Assembly: GCA_951406725.2 (NCBI GenBank)
Contig: OX597814.1
Location: 15,066,001 to 15,130,000, forward strand
Direction of reading: 5' to 3'
From: Octopus vulgaris
Taxonomy: Eukaryota
DNA length: 64,000 bases
The translations under genes were made by a program, and so were the position numbers. This document shows positions 52,764-64,000 of this stretch, piece by piece. Every line of letters begins with the position of its first letter. Position 1 is the stretch's first letter. Below the pieces are notes generated by a model that saw only the letters and a list, made by a program, of their open reading frames with translations, made no database searches and was not told the DNA's origin.

Positions 52764-54140
52764 TATATATATATATATGATATGTCAAATCTTATACAAC
52801 GTATCAGCCACGAGAAAATATCGAAAGAGTATTGATACTAATTATTATAGATAAAACTGGAAACATAATGGAATAAAGAGACATTTTATTTCGTTTATGA
52901 ATAAAATCTAAAATGAAAATTGAAATGAAATATATGTATAGATAAATTCTAATATACGATTCCAGTTATGGTGTAACATAGAAATAAAATCAGTACGAGT
53001 TATTATAGATAAATCCAGAAAAATAATGGAAAGTATAAAACAATTTTGTTTCGTTTATGAATATGAGCTAAAATACCAAAAAGAAAAAAGTGAAGTGAAA
53101 TCATAACTTTAATAATTACATTGGAGATAATCGAAAAGTATATAAAACAATTATTTGCTGAAAACAAAAGAAACAGATTTAATAATGAAAACCAAAACAA
53201 GTGATATTTGCGCATATTTGCACGTACTAGAGGGGAAACAAAATAAGCAATTAGTTGTCATTTGAAAGCCAAAAGAGAATAATTTATCTGAGTGTTAAAA
53301 AGATGAAAACTCATATTTGAGAAAAAAAGAGATATGCTAAAAATAAATCGAATTCAGGTCAATATTGAATATAATTTTAATAACATTTGCACAGTTTTAT
53401 TAAACATTTTTTTACAAAGTTTTCTTTCTATTCCAGTCATTTTCGGCGTCAAATATCTTTTTTTTCCAAAAGTTTTTTCCATGTCGTGATCGGCAAAACA
53501 GGAATAAATGACGAACGGGTAAATTATCAAACTCTTGAATAACTGATGTTTTTATTTGGTTTCTTGCCACTCAAACACATAAACAAACTAGCTTCGAACT
53601 GTATAATGATTAGCGCTGTTTTAATATCTTTATTAACTCCATTAATAACTCCATCTATTTATTACCATTGATTAATGGAAAAGTTTTATTGGAGATTATA
53701 TGATATTTATTAAGGATTCATAATTGCTGTCAATTCATTTACGTTATCTCTTTTATTATTAATATTTTATATATAAACTCATTCCTTTCATGTTATTGTA
53801 ATTGAGCGTGTATCTGTATGAGCGTCTGTGCCCGTGTACGTTCTCACGTTTGTGAATGAGTGTCCGTGTGTGTTTGTGTTTATGCGTTATGTAAATAAGT
53901 TGAAAAAAAAAACAACGAAGCACTTCAACAATGAGCTGTTCTCCATTATGTTCTTCGGAAATGATAGCATAATTTGTTTTGGAATATAGAGTAAATTTGG
54001 AATTATTTAAAATAAAATAAAAGTAGATTACGAATAAAAAAAATAAACTGTGAATTATCTTTTTCCGTGAATGTTTAAATTTATTTATTTTCGGCTCTTA
54101 CTTTCTCTCGCTTTTCAAATACAGAGAGAGCACGAGGGAG

Positions 54141-54180
<40 letters not shown>

Positions 54181-54674
54181 AAGAGTAAGAGAGAGAGGTG
54201 AGAGAATACAGGAAGAAATAAATAGGATGTCTCGTCGGTTTGTCGATGAGTACAATTGTTCGACGGGCGGAGATTAAATTATATGGCTGGGAATATTCTA
54301 GACACACATGCCAATATATAGTACACAAAACTGACACAGCGCCACACACTATATAATAAGACTGGCCTCTAGGATTATGTATATAGTCTACCTGACGAGT
54401 TACCACATATTTTCTGTCTACCCACTTCCATTGGCATAACTAAGGCCAATCCTTAATGCGTCACCCAGTGGTATAGAACCAGGAAGGTTGTGACTAAGAA
54501 TTGAACTCTTAACAAGAGGTGCAAATGAAGGTAGCTATATCAAACTCTATTCTTCACCAAGCACCACATATTAGAGGAGGCTCTTAGTAATAACAGTGTA
54601 GCAAAACGGCGGTGCATCAGCATATCCGCAGCTCTGAGCTGAAACTAGAGAAAAAAATTCTACATTTATTCTCC

Positions 54675-55119
54675 TAGGCGCAGGAGTGGGTGTGTATAGG
54701 CGCAGGAGTGGGTGTGTGGTAAGTAGGTTGCTAACCAACCACATGATTCCGGGTTCAGTCCCACTGCATGGCATCTTGGGCAAGTGTCTTCTGCTATAGC
54801 CCCGGGCCGACCAATGCCTTGTGAGTGGATTTGCTAGACGGAAACTGAAAGAAGCCTGTCGTATATATGTATATATATATATGTATGTGTGTGTATGTAT
54901 TTGTGTGTCTGTGTTTGTCTCCCTAGCATTGCTTGACAACCGATGCTGGTGTGTTTACGTCCCCGTCACTTAGCGGTTCGGCAAAAGAGACCGAAAGAAT
55001 AAGTACTGGGCTTACAAAGAATAAGTCCCGGGGTCGATTCGCTCGACTATAGGCGCTGCTCCAGCATGGCCGCAGTCAAATGACTGAAACAAGTAAAAGA
55101 GTAAAAGAGTAAAAGAGTA
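54675..55119 (+). mobile_element. Full-length SINE family A with a tandem 22-bp duplication of its 5' end
   Basis: TAGGCGCAGGAGTGGGTGTGT at 54675 and 54697; (AAAAGAGT)3 tail. Confidence 0.92.
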
Positions 55120-56628
55120 TCACTTTGCAAGTCGAACATAAACATTGAATCTATAGTTTGTGATTCCCATAACATTTAGTTATTTTTTGGTGTATCTTCT
55201 GACATAACTCTTCACTGACTTTTTTTTTCTTGGAGGTATTTATGCCGCATTTGGATGCTTTCGAGCAAGAGATAAAGGGGGAATAATTTGAACGAAGCAA
55301 ACGATCACTGGAAATGAAAAAAAGAGTAAATGTAATGCGAATAAGAGAGAGATTTCCATCGACATACCCTACCAGTCAGCTTCTGATTCAAAAGACATGA
55401 GTCGAATAAAGCACGTAAGTGAGCAGACTAGTAAAACCTTCATGCCAGATTCAAAAACCTTTATTGATGCAACGATATTGCTCGTCTAATATTTGAAAAG
55501 GCGAGAGACTATCAGTGAGTGTCAGAAGAAGTTAGTTCTCCTGTAGATTGGATTCAACAGAGGCTGTCGTAAGTGGTAGGAGTTTTCATGCGGCTAAACT
55601 TCATTGAAGGTCTGATACGACTGGCACATGTTCAAAGTTGTCAGCATAGAGATAAAAAATCAGGATCACTTCATACTGCTTATCATTTTTTTTTTATTAA
55701 TTGTCATTCATTTAAATTCCAACGTTGTTTCCCTTGTTCCATTAAGTTAATTATATTTGTATCGTCTCTGCAAGCGAAAGGTTCATTGGCTCACTAAATG
55801 AAGAACGCCGTCACCAACAAATCTATGTTTTCCATGTCACAGGCGTCCATCTGTATTTTTTACCTCCACTATTCACTCTTATACGACAAACTGACTTCAA
55901 AATAGTCGTAATAATGTCTACAAGAAACTGACCACTCAGTAGATATAATTTGCCATATATCAAACTGACTCCAATCAGTTGTGGAAGGACCTACCCGATC
56001 ATTATTTTACTTACTATATCTGGATGAATGGTCAATGCTCGGTGATATCCACATGTCTTCGAGTGTGGTCAGAATTGAGTCTTTAATGTTCTGCTTAAAT
56101 AATCGGAAGTCGACAACTGCAGGAAAGGCATATGCACCGAAGGTACGCTTTTGACCGCAATCAGATCTAAAAGTAAACTAAAATAAATAAAAAAAAAACT
56201 TTCATCATAGTTCGAAGTTCTGAAATAGCAGCCAAATTTCCTCAAACTCAACCCTACTGGACAATTTAGTCACAAATACACACAGTTGGGATACCATTGA
56301 CTATGGATACGCTAGATCAGAGATGACTTGTGGGTAATTAACTATGACAACACAAGATAAATAATTTGCTAATTATATAGCATATATTGCTCTCAAAAAC
56401 ATTGGCAACATGCGATTAGACAGCAGGTTTCAAGAAATCTTCTTATTGACGTTGTGGTTGGTATTGTTTAGCTCTAAGTAAATCCAAACTTTGTGAAGCA
56501 GATTCCAACTCTTCAAAGGCATCTCAGCGTGACAATTCTGTACTTTAAGGACTAGGGTTAGCTTATCTGCGTTAAATTTATTTGTGTTAGTTTAGCGTGA
56601 TTTGGCTACTATTTCTTATAAGTGATAT

Positions 56629-56944
56629 TTTATTATTTTTTTATGCGCCCTTTTCAAGCCTAGCCAGGCTCATGGGTCCGGTTTCCCGGTTTCTATGGCG
56701 TATGTGTTCCCCCCCAGCTGGACTGGACGCCAGTCCATTGCAGCGTTACCCAAGAAACAGGAAGAGAGAGGGAGAGAAAGTTGTGGCGAAAGAGTACAAC
56801 AGGGGTCGCCACCACCTCTGCCGGAGCATCGTGGAGCTTTAGATGTTTTCGCTCAATAAACACACACATATCCCGGTCTGGGAATCGAAACTGCGATCCT
56901 CCGACCGCGAGTCTGCTGCCCTAACCACTGGCCAATGCGCCTCC
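56629..56944 (-). mobile_element. SINE family G head with V-SINE-like 3' domain and 12-bp TSD
   Basis: Minus strand …GCAATGGACTGGCGTCCAGTCCAGCTGGGGG…AGAAACCGGGAAACCGG…; TATAAGTGATAT flanks at 56617-56628 and 56947-56958. Confidence 0.85.
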
Positions 56945-58003
56945 ACTATAAGTGATATAACCACATTAATGTTATTTTTTTTAGTCTGTAATGTCCATTC
57001 TTATTAATATTTTACTTAAATCAACGCTAATTCGGAAATAAAAACTTTGATGACAGGCATTCCATTCTCGACCATCCCATCTTCTTTTCTGACAAAATAC
57101 ATCTATGGCTACATAATTCACCGCCGATTTTTAAGTCGATAGTACGTGATATAAGGTATATATAACTGCTCTTTCTAGCTGATAAAGTAAGACTGCCTTA
57201 TTGGCTTATCATGGGTTGTTGATAATAACCTTTACTGGAGTCAAACTCTGAAGTAAAGAGTATATTCTATTCTGCGTGTTTTTCTTCACCTTCTATACAA
57301 ACTTCTGCACAAGTTTCATAAGAGATGAATGCTATTCACGGAGAGTTATATAGCCATAAGCAAATGGAATGAATTCAAAATGAATCAGTTAGCTGACCTT
57401 CATAACATTATCCAAGCTTGCCTGTCCTATACAAATGAATCTAATATATATATTTCATATTTTTTAAAATCAATTTCAGTCTTTTACGTCCATTAATATC
57501 TTCAGAGTTTCTTCTATGATTTTTCTTCATTTTGATTTCGGAATCTATTTCCTTCTTATGATCTACAAAATCGATAAAGAAATTAACGCAACGAATCAAG
57601 TAAGTAAAAGTATGTCTATACAAACACAGAACCAACCAATTAAATCTATGTATATAGTTGTCACTTAGTAAACAACAGAATGTTACTTTGAAAGAAACCG
57701 ATATGGTAATTTTGAAACCTATTTCTTTTCATTCTCTCTTTTTAAGAATTCACGCATGAAGAAAACCGGAATTCATTTTGCGATTCCATTGGATGGTTAA
57801 TGCCACTGTTCTAAACTTATTTCAACCAATTATTTGCCAGCAATCTTAAATCAATAGCAATATCGTCTTACAAATCAGGATTAAAAGAAAGTACTGCAGT
57901 TTTAAAAGGGCATGTATGCCAATGGTGTTTTTTTATTGAGGATATACCAACTTAAAGTTAGTCTTTTGGTCTCGCCTTTAAGATGCTTATTAGTTGAAAT
58001 CAA

Positions 58004-59508
58004 TATAAGTCCTTTTTACACGCATCACTACAACGATTTCCTCCTCGTGCTGACAAGAGAGTCCATACATGGTCGCTGAATATTATTTCTTTTAGAAATA
58101 GAAACCAACTTGTAACCATTTCTAGTAGTAGTTGGTAAAATTTCTGGCAATGTAGTACAATTACTACTACGTGGTCGTGTCAAACGCTAGAGAATATAGC
58201 CAAATACAGATTGTATGTGTATAGAGATTTGATTCCTTATTGCTTCAAGTTTGGCGAACCACCGATTTATATTGTCCAACATATAAACTATGGTATAAGA
58301 AATGAAAAGAATAGTAATAAAGAGAGGAGAAATTAAGACGAAGTTTAACACACGAAGAAACAGTGTTCTAAACCACAAGAAAACACCGCCTTACATATGC
58401 ATACCCATACATACAAGACACACACACTCACAGAAACACATACATACACACACATATACACACACGCACAAACCCAGACGGGCATACACACACACACACA
58501 CAGGCATGCACGCTCCCACCACACATACGTGGAATGAGTTAGTTATATGTGTGTTATTTCTCTTATCATTTATCCCTATTTTCTTACGATGTAAATTCAT
58601 TTCTCCCTGCCAAAATTTTGCACTGTCTGTTTAATAATGACCGAGCGTAATCAACTAATTCATCCATATGAATTTCGTCATATGAGAATTATTTCTGTAG
58701 ATTTCAAGTGGAGGCGCAATGGCCCAGTGGTTAGGGCAGCGGACTCACGGTCATAGGATCGCGGTTTCGATTCCCAGACCGGGCGTTGTGAGTGTTTATT
58801 GAGCAAAAACACCTAAAGCTCCACGAGGCTTCGGCAGGGGATGGTGGTGATCCCTGCTGTACTCTTTCACCACAACTTTCTCTCACTCTTACTTCCTGTT
58901 TCTGTTGTACCTGTATTTCAAAGGGCCGGCCTTGTCACTCTCTGCGTCACTACGTTAAGGGTACACTTGTCTGTGGAGTGCTCAGTCACTTACACGTTAA
59001 TTTCACAAGCAGGCTGTTCCGTTAATTTGATCGGATCAACCGGAGCCCTCGTCGTCGTAACAGACGGAGTGCTTCCGAATTTCTGTAGATTGTATTATTG
59101 TTAATTCCAATTGCAGACTAATTATCTAAAGCAATTTAGCTGTCATGGATTACTAATTTTAGAGGTACGTCTAAAATTCATTTACACGATATCTTTTATT
59201 CTAATTTTTGAGGAAGGTTCCAGTCGATTAAATCGACCGTAGTTGATTTAATAAAAACTTGAAAGCAAACTTGAAGCAATAAGGAATCAAATCTCTATAC
59301 ATATACAATCTGTATTTGGCTATATTCTCTAGCATTTGACATGACCACGTAGTAGTAATTGTACTAGATTACTAGAAATTTTACCAACTACTACTAGAAT
59401 GGCACCAAGTTGGTTTCTATTTCTAAAAGAAATAATATCCAGCGACCATGTACGGATTCTCTTGTCAGCACGAGGAGGAAATCGTTGTAGTGATAAAAAG
59501 GACATATA
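58004..59508. repeat. ~245-bp local inverted duplication (58004-58253 vs 59266-59508)
   Basis: Arms are reverse complements with scattered mismatches and one small indel. Confidence 0.9.
58710..59072 (+). mobile_element. Full-length SINE family G with a third type of 3' domain
   Basis: Head GGAGGCGCAATGGCCCAGTGGTTAGGGCAGCGGACT; ends CCCTCGTCGTCGTAACAGACGGAGTGC. ATTTCTGTAGATT occurs on both sides (58691, 59079). Confidence 0.88.
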
Positions 59509-59511
59509 AGT

Positions 59512-59660
59512 ACACAACTGGTACTTAATTTATTTATCCTAAAAGGATGAAAGGCAAAGTCGACCTCGACGGAATTCGAACTCAGAACGTAATGACAGGC
59601 AAAATACCGCTAAGTATTTCGCCCGGCGTGCTAACGTTTCTGCCGGGTTGCAACCTTAAC
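59512..59660 (-). mobile_element. SINE family M (5' part; the 3' part continues at ~59221-59243)
   Basis: AAAGGATGAAAGGCAAAGTCGACCTCGACGGAATTCGAACTCAGAACG. Confidence 0.8.
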
Positions 59661-59849
59661 GAATTTTTTTATTACAACTAGCTTAAGGTGACCCGCTCTA
59701 CGCGCGGTCACCTTAAGTTAACCCCTCCTGTAAATTTTAATCCCCTTCCAGCCCCATTTAGACCCCTTTTACATAAAAATCCGATTTGTATCAACCTTTA
59801 CCTTCTTCATTTTATAGATTAGATTACCACTGCACATTTAACGTTATGA

Positions 59850-60138
59850 AAGCTTAGTGGTTAAGATATTCGGTTTACGATTGCATGGTGGTGTCCTTGA
59901 GCCAGACACTGTATTTCAGGTTGCCCCAGTTCACTCAGCTGGCGAGAATGACTAGTACCTGGTTTTCAAAGGGCCAGCCTTGTCACACTGTTTGACACGT
60001 TGATTCTCCCTGAAAACTACGTTAAGGTTATGCGTGCTCGTGGAGCGCTCAGCTACTTGTACGTTAATTTCACGAGCAGAATGTTCCATTGATGGGATCA
60101 ACTTGAACCCTAGTCGTCGTAAGCGACGGTGTGCCAGT
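59850..60138 (+). mobile_element. Diverged SINE sharing its 3' domain with 58710-59072
   Basis: TTCAAAGGGCCAGCCTTGTCAC…GTTAATTTCACGAGCAG…GTCGTCGTAAGCGACGG matches 58917-59072. Confidence 0.75.
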
Positions 60139-60758
60139 TACATTTAACATTAATATCGGTATGGCCTACTTTCTAGATTCATTTAGGCTTAAGAGACATA
60201 TATAATTAAAACTGTTCGAAACTATGCATGATGGACTGCATTGTCATTTAGAAGGAACGAGTGATCAAAGATGTATGGGAAATGTTCACCCACTTACACC
60301 ATGATCAAATAAATGTACCTCTCTTAATCCATCAGCTGACACTCATATAGTAGATCCTGATCTATTCATTCATTCTTTTGTACATTTTATACTTCATTAA
60401 CGATGAGGGTGTTACAGTTATTTGTGAAGTGTTTGTACTATACAGATGTTATGTACTTTATTGTTTCCCCTTCGAAGAAGAATACAAGTTGCCATTATTA
60501 TTGAAACCATCTTCCGTCGTCGCTACTATGAGCTACGTTAATCCAATTATTTTGTTGCAGGCGAAAACAACAACAAAATATAAGCCTTACCAAAATCTAG
60601 AAGATATGCACAAATAAGTATCTCCTCTTCGGCCCTGATAGTTGATGTAATGTATATAAACATAGTAGCCAGAAAACTGAGGCAATACACTAACCACGCT
60701 GTGTCAAAAGAGAAAACATCGATATTCAGTGTTTGGCAAAACGAAATAATAGAATCAG

Positions 60759-60807
<49 letters not shown>

Positions 60808-60926
60808 TTCAGGAAAATCGTTATCTCCAATACATTTCTATATAGCTCTGACTCCTTCGAAAAATTGCTGAATGAAACAACCAGTATTATAAATTCTATA
60901 GGCAAGTCATCTTACTTTATATACAA

Positions 60927-61310
60927 CTAGCAGTATCGCCCGGCGTTGCTCGGGTTTGTAAGGGAAATAACTATATAAGCATTTTTAGAGAGTTACTTCC
61001 CTTATAGATGTCAATTCGGGCTTTCTTAGCCATTTCTGTTTTGGTGTCTTCAAGCCATGCAGTCGTTGTTCTAAAAGAACGCTGGTCTCCTTGACAACGC
61101 TTTACGACGTTGATTTCCTTACACTCCCTTCCCCACAGCTTCACGAGGGAGGGAAGAAGGGGGAGAAGCTAACAGGTGCAGGTGTGACCATGGACGCCAA
61201 CTCTGCCGCCATCGACACACGAAAAATTATGCATTAAAATGGAATAAAAAATGATGTTAAATTATTTTTAAAATCGTAGACTCATCGTAGACGCACGCTA
61301 ATACTTAGAA
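60927..61310 (-). mobile_element. Non-autonomous Helitron, 3' part
   Basis: CTAG end at 60927-60930 with hairpin; near-identical reverse complement of ~61965-62347. Confidence 0.88.
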
Positions 61311-61530
61311 GTGTGAATGCGCATGCGCGAAAGTGTGACTGCGCATGCGCGAAAGTGTGACTGCGCATGCGCGAACGTGTGACTGCGCATGCGCAGTCAC
61401 ACGTTCGCGCATGCGCAGTCACACTTTCCCGCATGCGCAGTCACACGTTCGCGCATGCGTGGTCACACGTTCGCGCATGCGCATTCACACTTTCGCGCAT
61501 GCGCAGTCACACGTTCGCGCATGCGCAGTC
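61311..61530. repeat. 22-bp minisatellite (GTGTGACTGCGCATGCGCGAAA) that inverts at a central palindrome
   Basis: Three forward units, a central GTGTGACTGCGCA|TGCGCAGTCACAC, then six reverse units. Confidence 0.93.
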
Positions 61531-61834
61531 GTGTGACAATCATGGTTGTTGATGAGAGTATATGTATTTGTATTTGTATTTGTGAAGGGATCTGACTTCT
61601 CATCGACAACCATGATTGTCACACGCTGATGAAAGGTAAACACCTTGAAACTCGGGTACGTGTGTATCATGTGTTGAAGACGGGGAGGATGACTCCCCTT
61701 TACAAATACTGAGAGGACACAGATAGTGTGTCTATAGCCAGCTGGAGGAGATATCTTCCTGGGGATACAAACTACAGTAGCATCCACCTTTATGGGTTAG
61801 CCATATTCAAATGGCAAATATGCATCACCATATA

Positions 61835-62347
61835 TCTATATATATAAAACTGTAGTTGTGTGAGTGTCTGTCCCCTTCGATTTAGATTCCTAACTACTCC
61901 CACATTTTGCGGTGCAGTTTAACCAAATTCGGGTATCTTATAGTCGTGATTCATATCGAGCCCGTCTGAGTATTAGCGCGCGTCTACGATGAATCTACGA
62001 TTTTAAAAATAATTTAACATCATTTTTTATTCCATTTTAATGCATAATTTTTCGTGTGTCGATGGCGGCGGAGTTGGCGTCCATGGTCACACCTGCACCT
62101 GTTTGATTCTCCCCCTTCTTCCCTCCCTCGTGAAGCTGAGGGGAAGGGAGTGTAAGGAAATCAACGTCGTAAAGCGTTGTCAAGGAGACCAGCGTTCTTT
62201 TAGAACAACGACTTCATGGCTTGAAGACACCAAAACAGAAATGGCTAAGAAAGCCCGAATTGGCATCTATAAGGGAAGTAACTCTCTAAAAATGCTTATA
62301 TAGTTATTTCCCTTACAAACCCGAGCAACGCCGGGCGATACTGCTAG
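61835..62347 (+). mobile_element. Complete non-autonomous Helitron
   Basis: A|TC 5' end, GC-rich subterminal hairpin CCCGAGCAACGCCGGG, CTAG|T 3' end, no TSD. These are canonical Helitron termini. Confidence 0.9.
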
Positions 62348-62351
62348 TATA

Positions 62352-62862
62352 TCTATATATATAAAAATGAAGTTGTGTGAGTGTCTGTCTCCTACGATTT
62401 AGATTCCTAACTACTCCCACATTTTGCGGTGCAGTCTAACCAAATTCGGGTATCTTATAGTCGTGATTCATATCGAGCCCGTCTGGGTATTAGCCCGCGT
62501 CTACGATGAGTCTACGATTTAAAAAATAATTTACCATAATCTTTTTCCATTTTAACGCATATTTTTTCGTGTGTCGATGGCGGCGGAGTTGGCGTCCATG
62601 GTCACACCTGCACCCGTGTTGCTTCTCCCCCTTCTTCCCTCCCTCATGAAGCTGTGGGGAAGGGAGTGTAAGGAAATCAACGTCGTAAAGCGTTGTCAAG
62701 GAGACCAGCGTTCTTTTAGAACAACGACTTGGCTTGAAGTCGCCAAAACAGAAATCGCTAAAAAAGCTGAAACAGATCCACAAAAACGGCAAAAACCGCC
62801 ACACAGGGCAGGTTTCCTGTGCAAACAATTTGCACAACCGAATGTTGTAGTTGTTGCACAAA
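62352..62862 (+). mobile_element. Non-autonomous Helitron lacking its own 3' end
   Basis: Starts TC four bases after the previous CTAG; colinear with the first copy to ~62765, then different sequence. Confidence 0.85.
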
Positions 62863-63256
62863 TCTTTATATATAAAAGTGAAGTTGTGTGTCTGTCTCCT
62901 ACGATTTAGATTCCTAACTACTCCCACATTTTGCGGTGCAGTTTAACCAAAACCGGGTATCTTATAATCGTGATTCATATCGAGCCCTTCTGGGTATTAG
63001 CGCGCGTCTACGATGAGTCTACGATTTTAAAAATAATTTAACATAATTTTTTTCCATTTTAATGTCTTTTTTTTGCTATTATATAAGGGAAGTAACTCTC
63101 TAAAAATGCCTACGATGAGTCAAGGATTTAAAAAAAATTTACTATAATTTTTTTCCATTCTTAATGAATTTTTTACTACTTTTTGACTATAACTCTCTAA
63201 AAATGCTTTATAGTTATTTCCTTACAAACCCGAGCAACGCCGGGCGATTCTGCTAG
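62863..63256 (+). mobile_element. Complete short-subtype non-autonomous Helitron
   Basis: A|TC…hairpin…CTAG|T; same subtype as 4128-4511. Confidence 0.9.
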
Positions 63257-63293
<37 letters not shown>

Positions 63294-63294
63294 C

Positions 63295-63333
<39 letters not shown>

Positions 63334-63619
63334 CATTCAAAACCCATTGGTTCATAAAAAGGAGAGTACGCGAATTCAGCAGTGTTAGGAAAATGCGTAG
63401 TAAAACACATAACCAAACTAGTTTAAGAATAAATAAACTAATTAAAAGTCGAAACATTAAGTTGGATATTTTTGATACTGAATTGAAATAATTAGAATTA
63501 TAAGAAAGACTGACAAATTAGCAGTATATCAAACTAAGATGAAACATAGCAAAGCAAAACCAAGTTAGAAATATATATTTCAGAAGAATCGGGTAAATAT
63601 TGGCTTCAAATTTTGGTAG

Positions 63620-64000
63620 GAAAACCAGAAATTTTGGGTAAGTGGTTAACTCGATTGCTTGGACTCCCATGCCGAACTGGTACTAATGTTATCGACCCCG
63701 AAAGGATGAAATGTAAGGTAGACATCAGCGGAATTTGAACTCAGAACGTAAAGACAGACGAAATCCCGCTAAACATTTTACTTAGCGTGCTAATGATTCT
63801 GCTATCTCACCGCTTCCGGGTGGAAACTGAAAGCTGAATTCAAAGCCAATCATACGTTGATTGGCATAAAATATACTGATACGCAAGACATGGCAACAGC
63901 TTTAACATAACAACCTAAAAGTTATTTCTTTATTGCCCACAAGGGGCTAAACATAGAGTGAACAAATAAGGACAGACATGGAAATTGAGTCGATTACATC
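63620..64000 (-). mobile_element. SINE family M copies (second one runs off the window)
   Basis: ATCGACCCCGAAAGGATGAAA…GGAATTTGAACTCAGAACG, and tail TATTTCTTTATTGCCCACAAGGGGCTAAAC at ~63923. Confidence 0.8.

Noticed and set aside
55250-56070. Possible very old RTE fragment on the minus strand (a WISP-like motif near 56050)
   Set aside because: One short motif only; too weak without a profile search.
58710-58785. tRNA gene (also 2395, 6541, 43132, 54698, 56944)
   Set aside because: A/B boxes are present but run directly into SINE bodies repeated across the window; I could not build a full cloverleaf.
61345-61595. Repetitive ORFs (RMRSHTFAHAQSH…)
   Set aside because: Product of the 22-bp minisatellite cycling through frames.

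Overview
AT-rich, repeat-saturated eukaryotic (animal) DNA. The SINE repertoire and the density of (TA)n/(TATC)n/(CATA)n microsatellites resemble an octopus genome; this is inference from pattern recognition, not a database search. I find no convincing host protein-coding gene. Almost all listed ORFs are translations of simple repeats or SINEs. Main contents: (1) a ~22 kb satellite domain (9968-32299) after a 100-N gap, made of a 21-bp octamer-containing satellite and a composite 13-bp + 18/20-bp satellite with higher-order repeats and five strand flips; (2) a young-looking, 5'-truncated L1/Tx1-type LINE (32302-34255) fused to the end of that satellite; (3) decayed RTE, CR1 and mariner fragments; (4) many tRNA-derived SINEs with interchangeable modules; (5) a cluster of non-autonomous Helitrons around a palindromic GCGCATGCGC minisatellite; (6) several foldback elements, and minimal hammerhead-ribozyme-like motifs of the Penelope type, including a dispersed family with a non-canonical CUGU(C/U)GA core. 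Coordinates were read by eye and may be off by a few bases.
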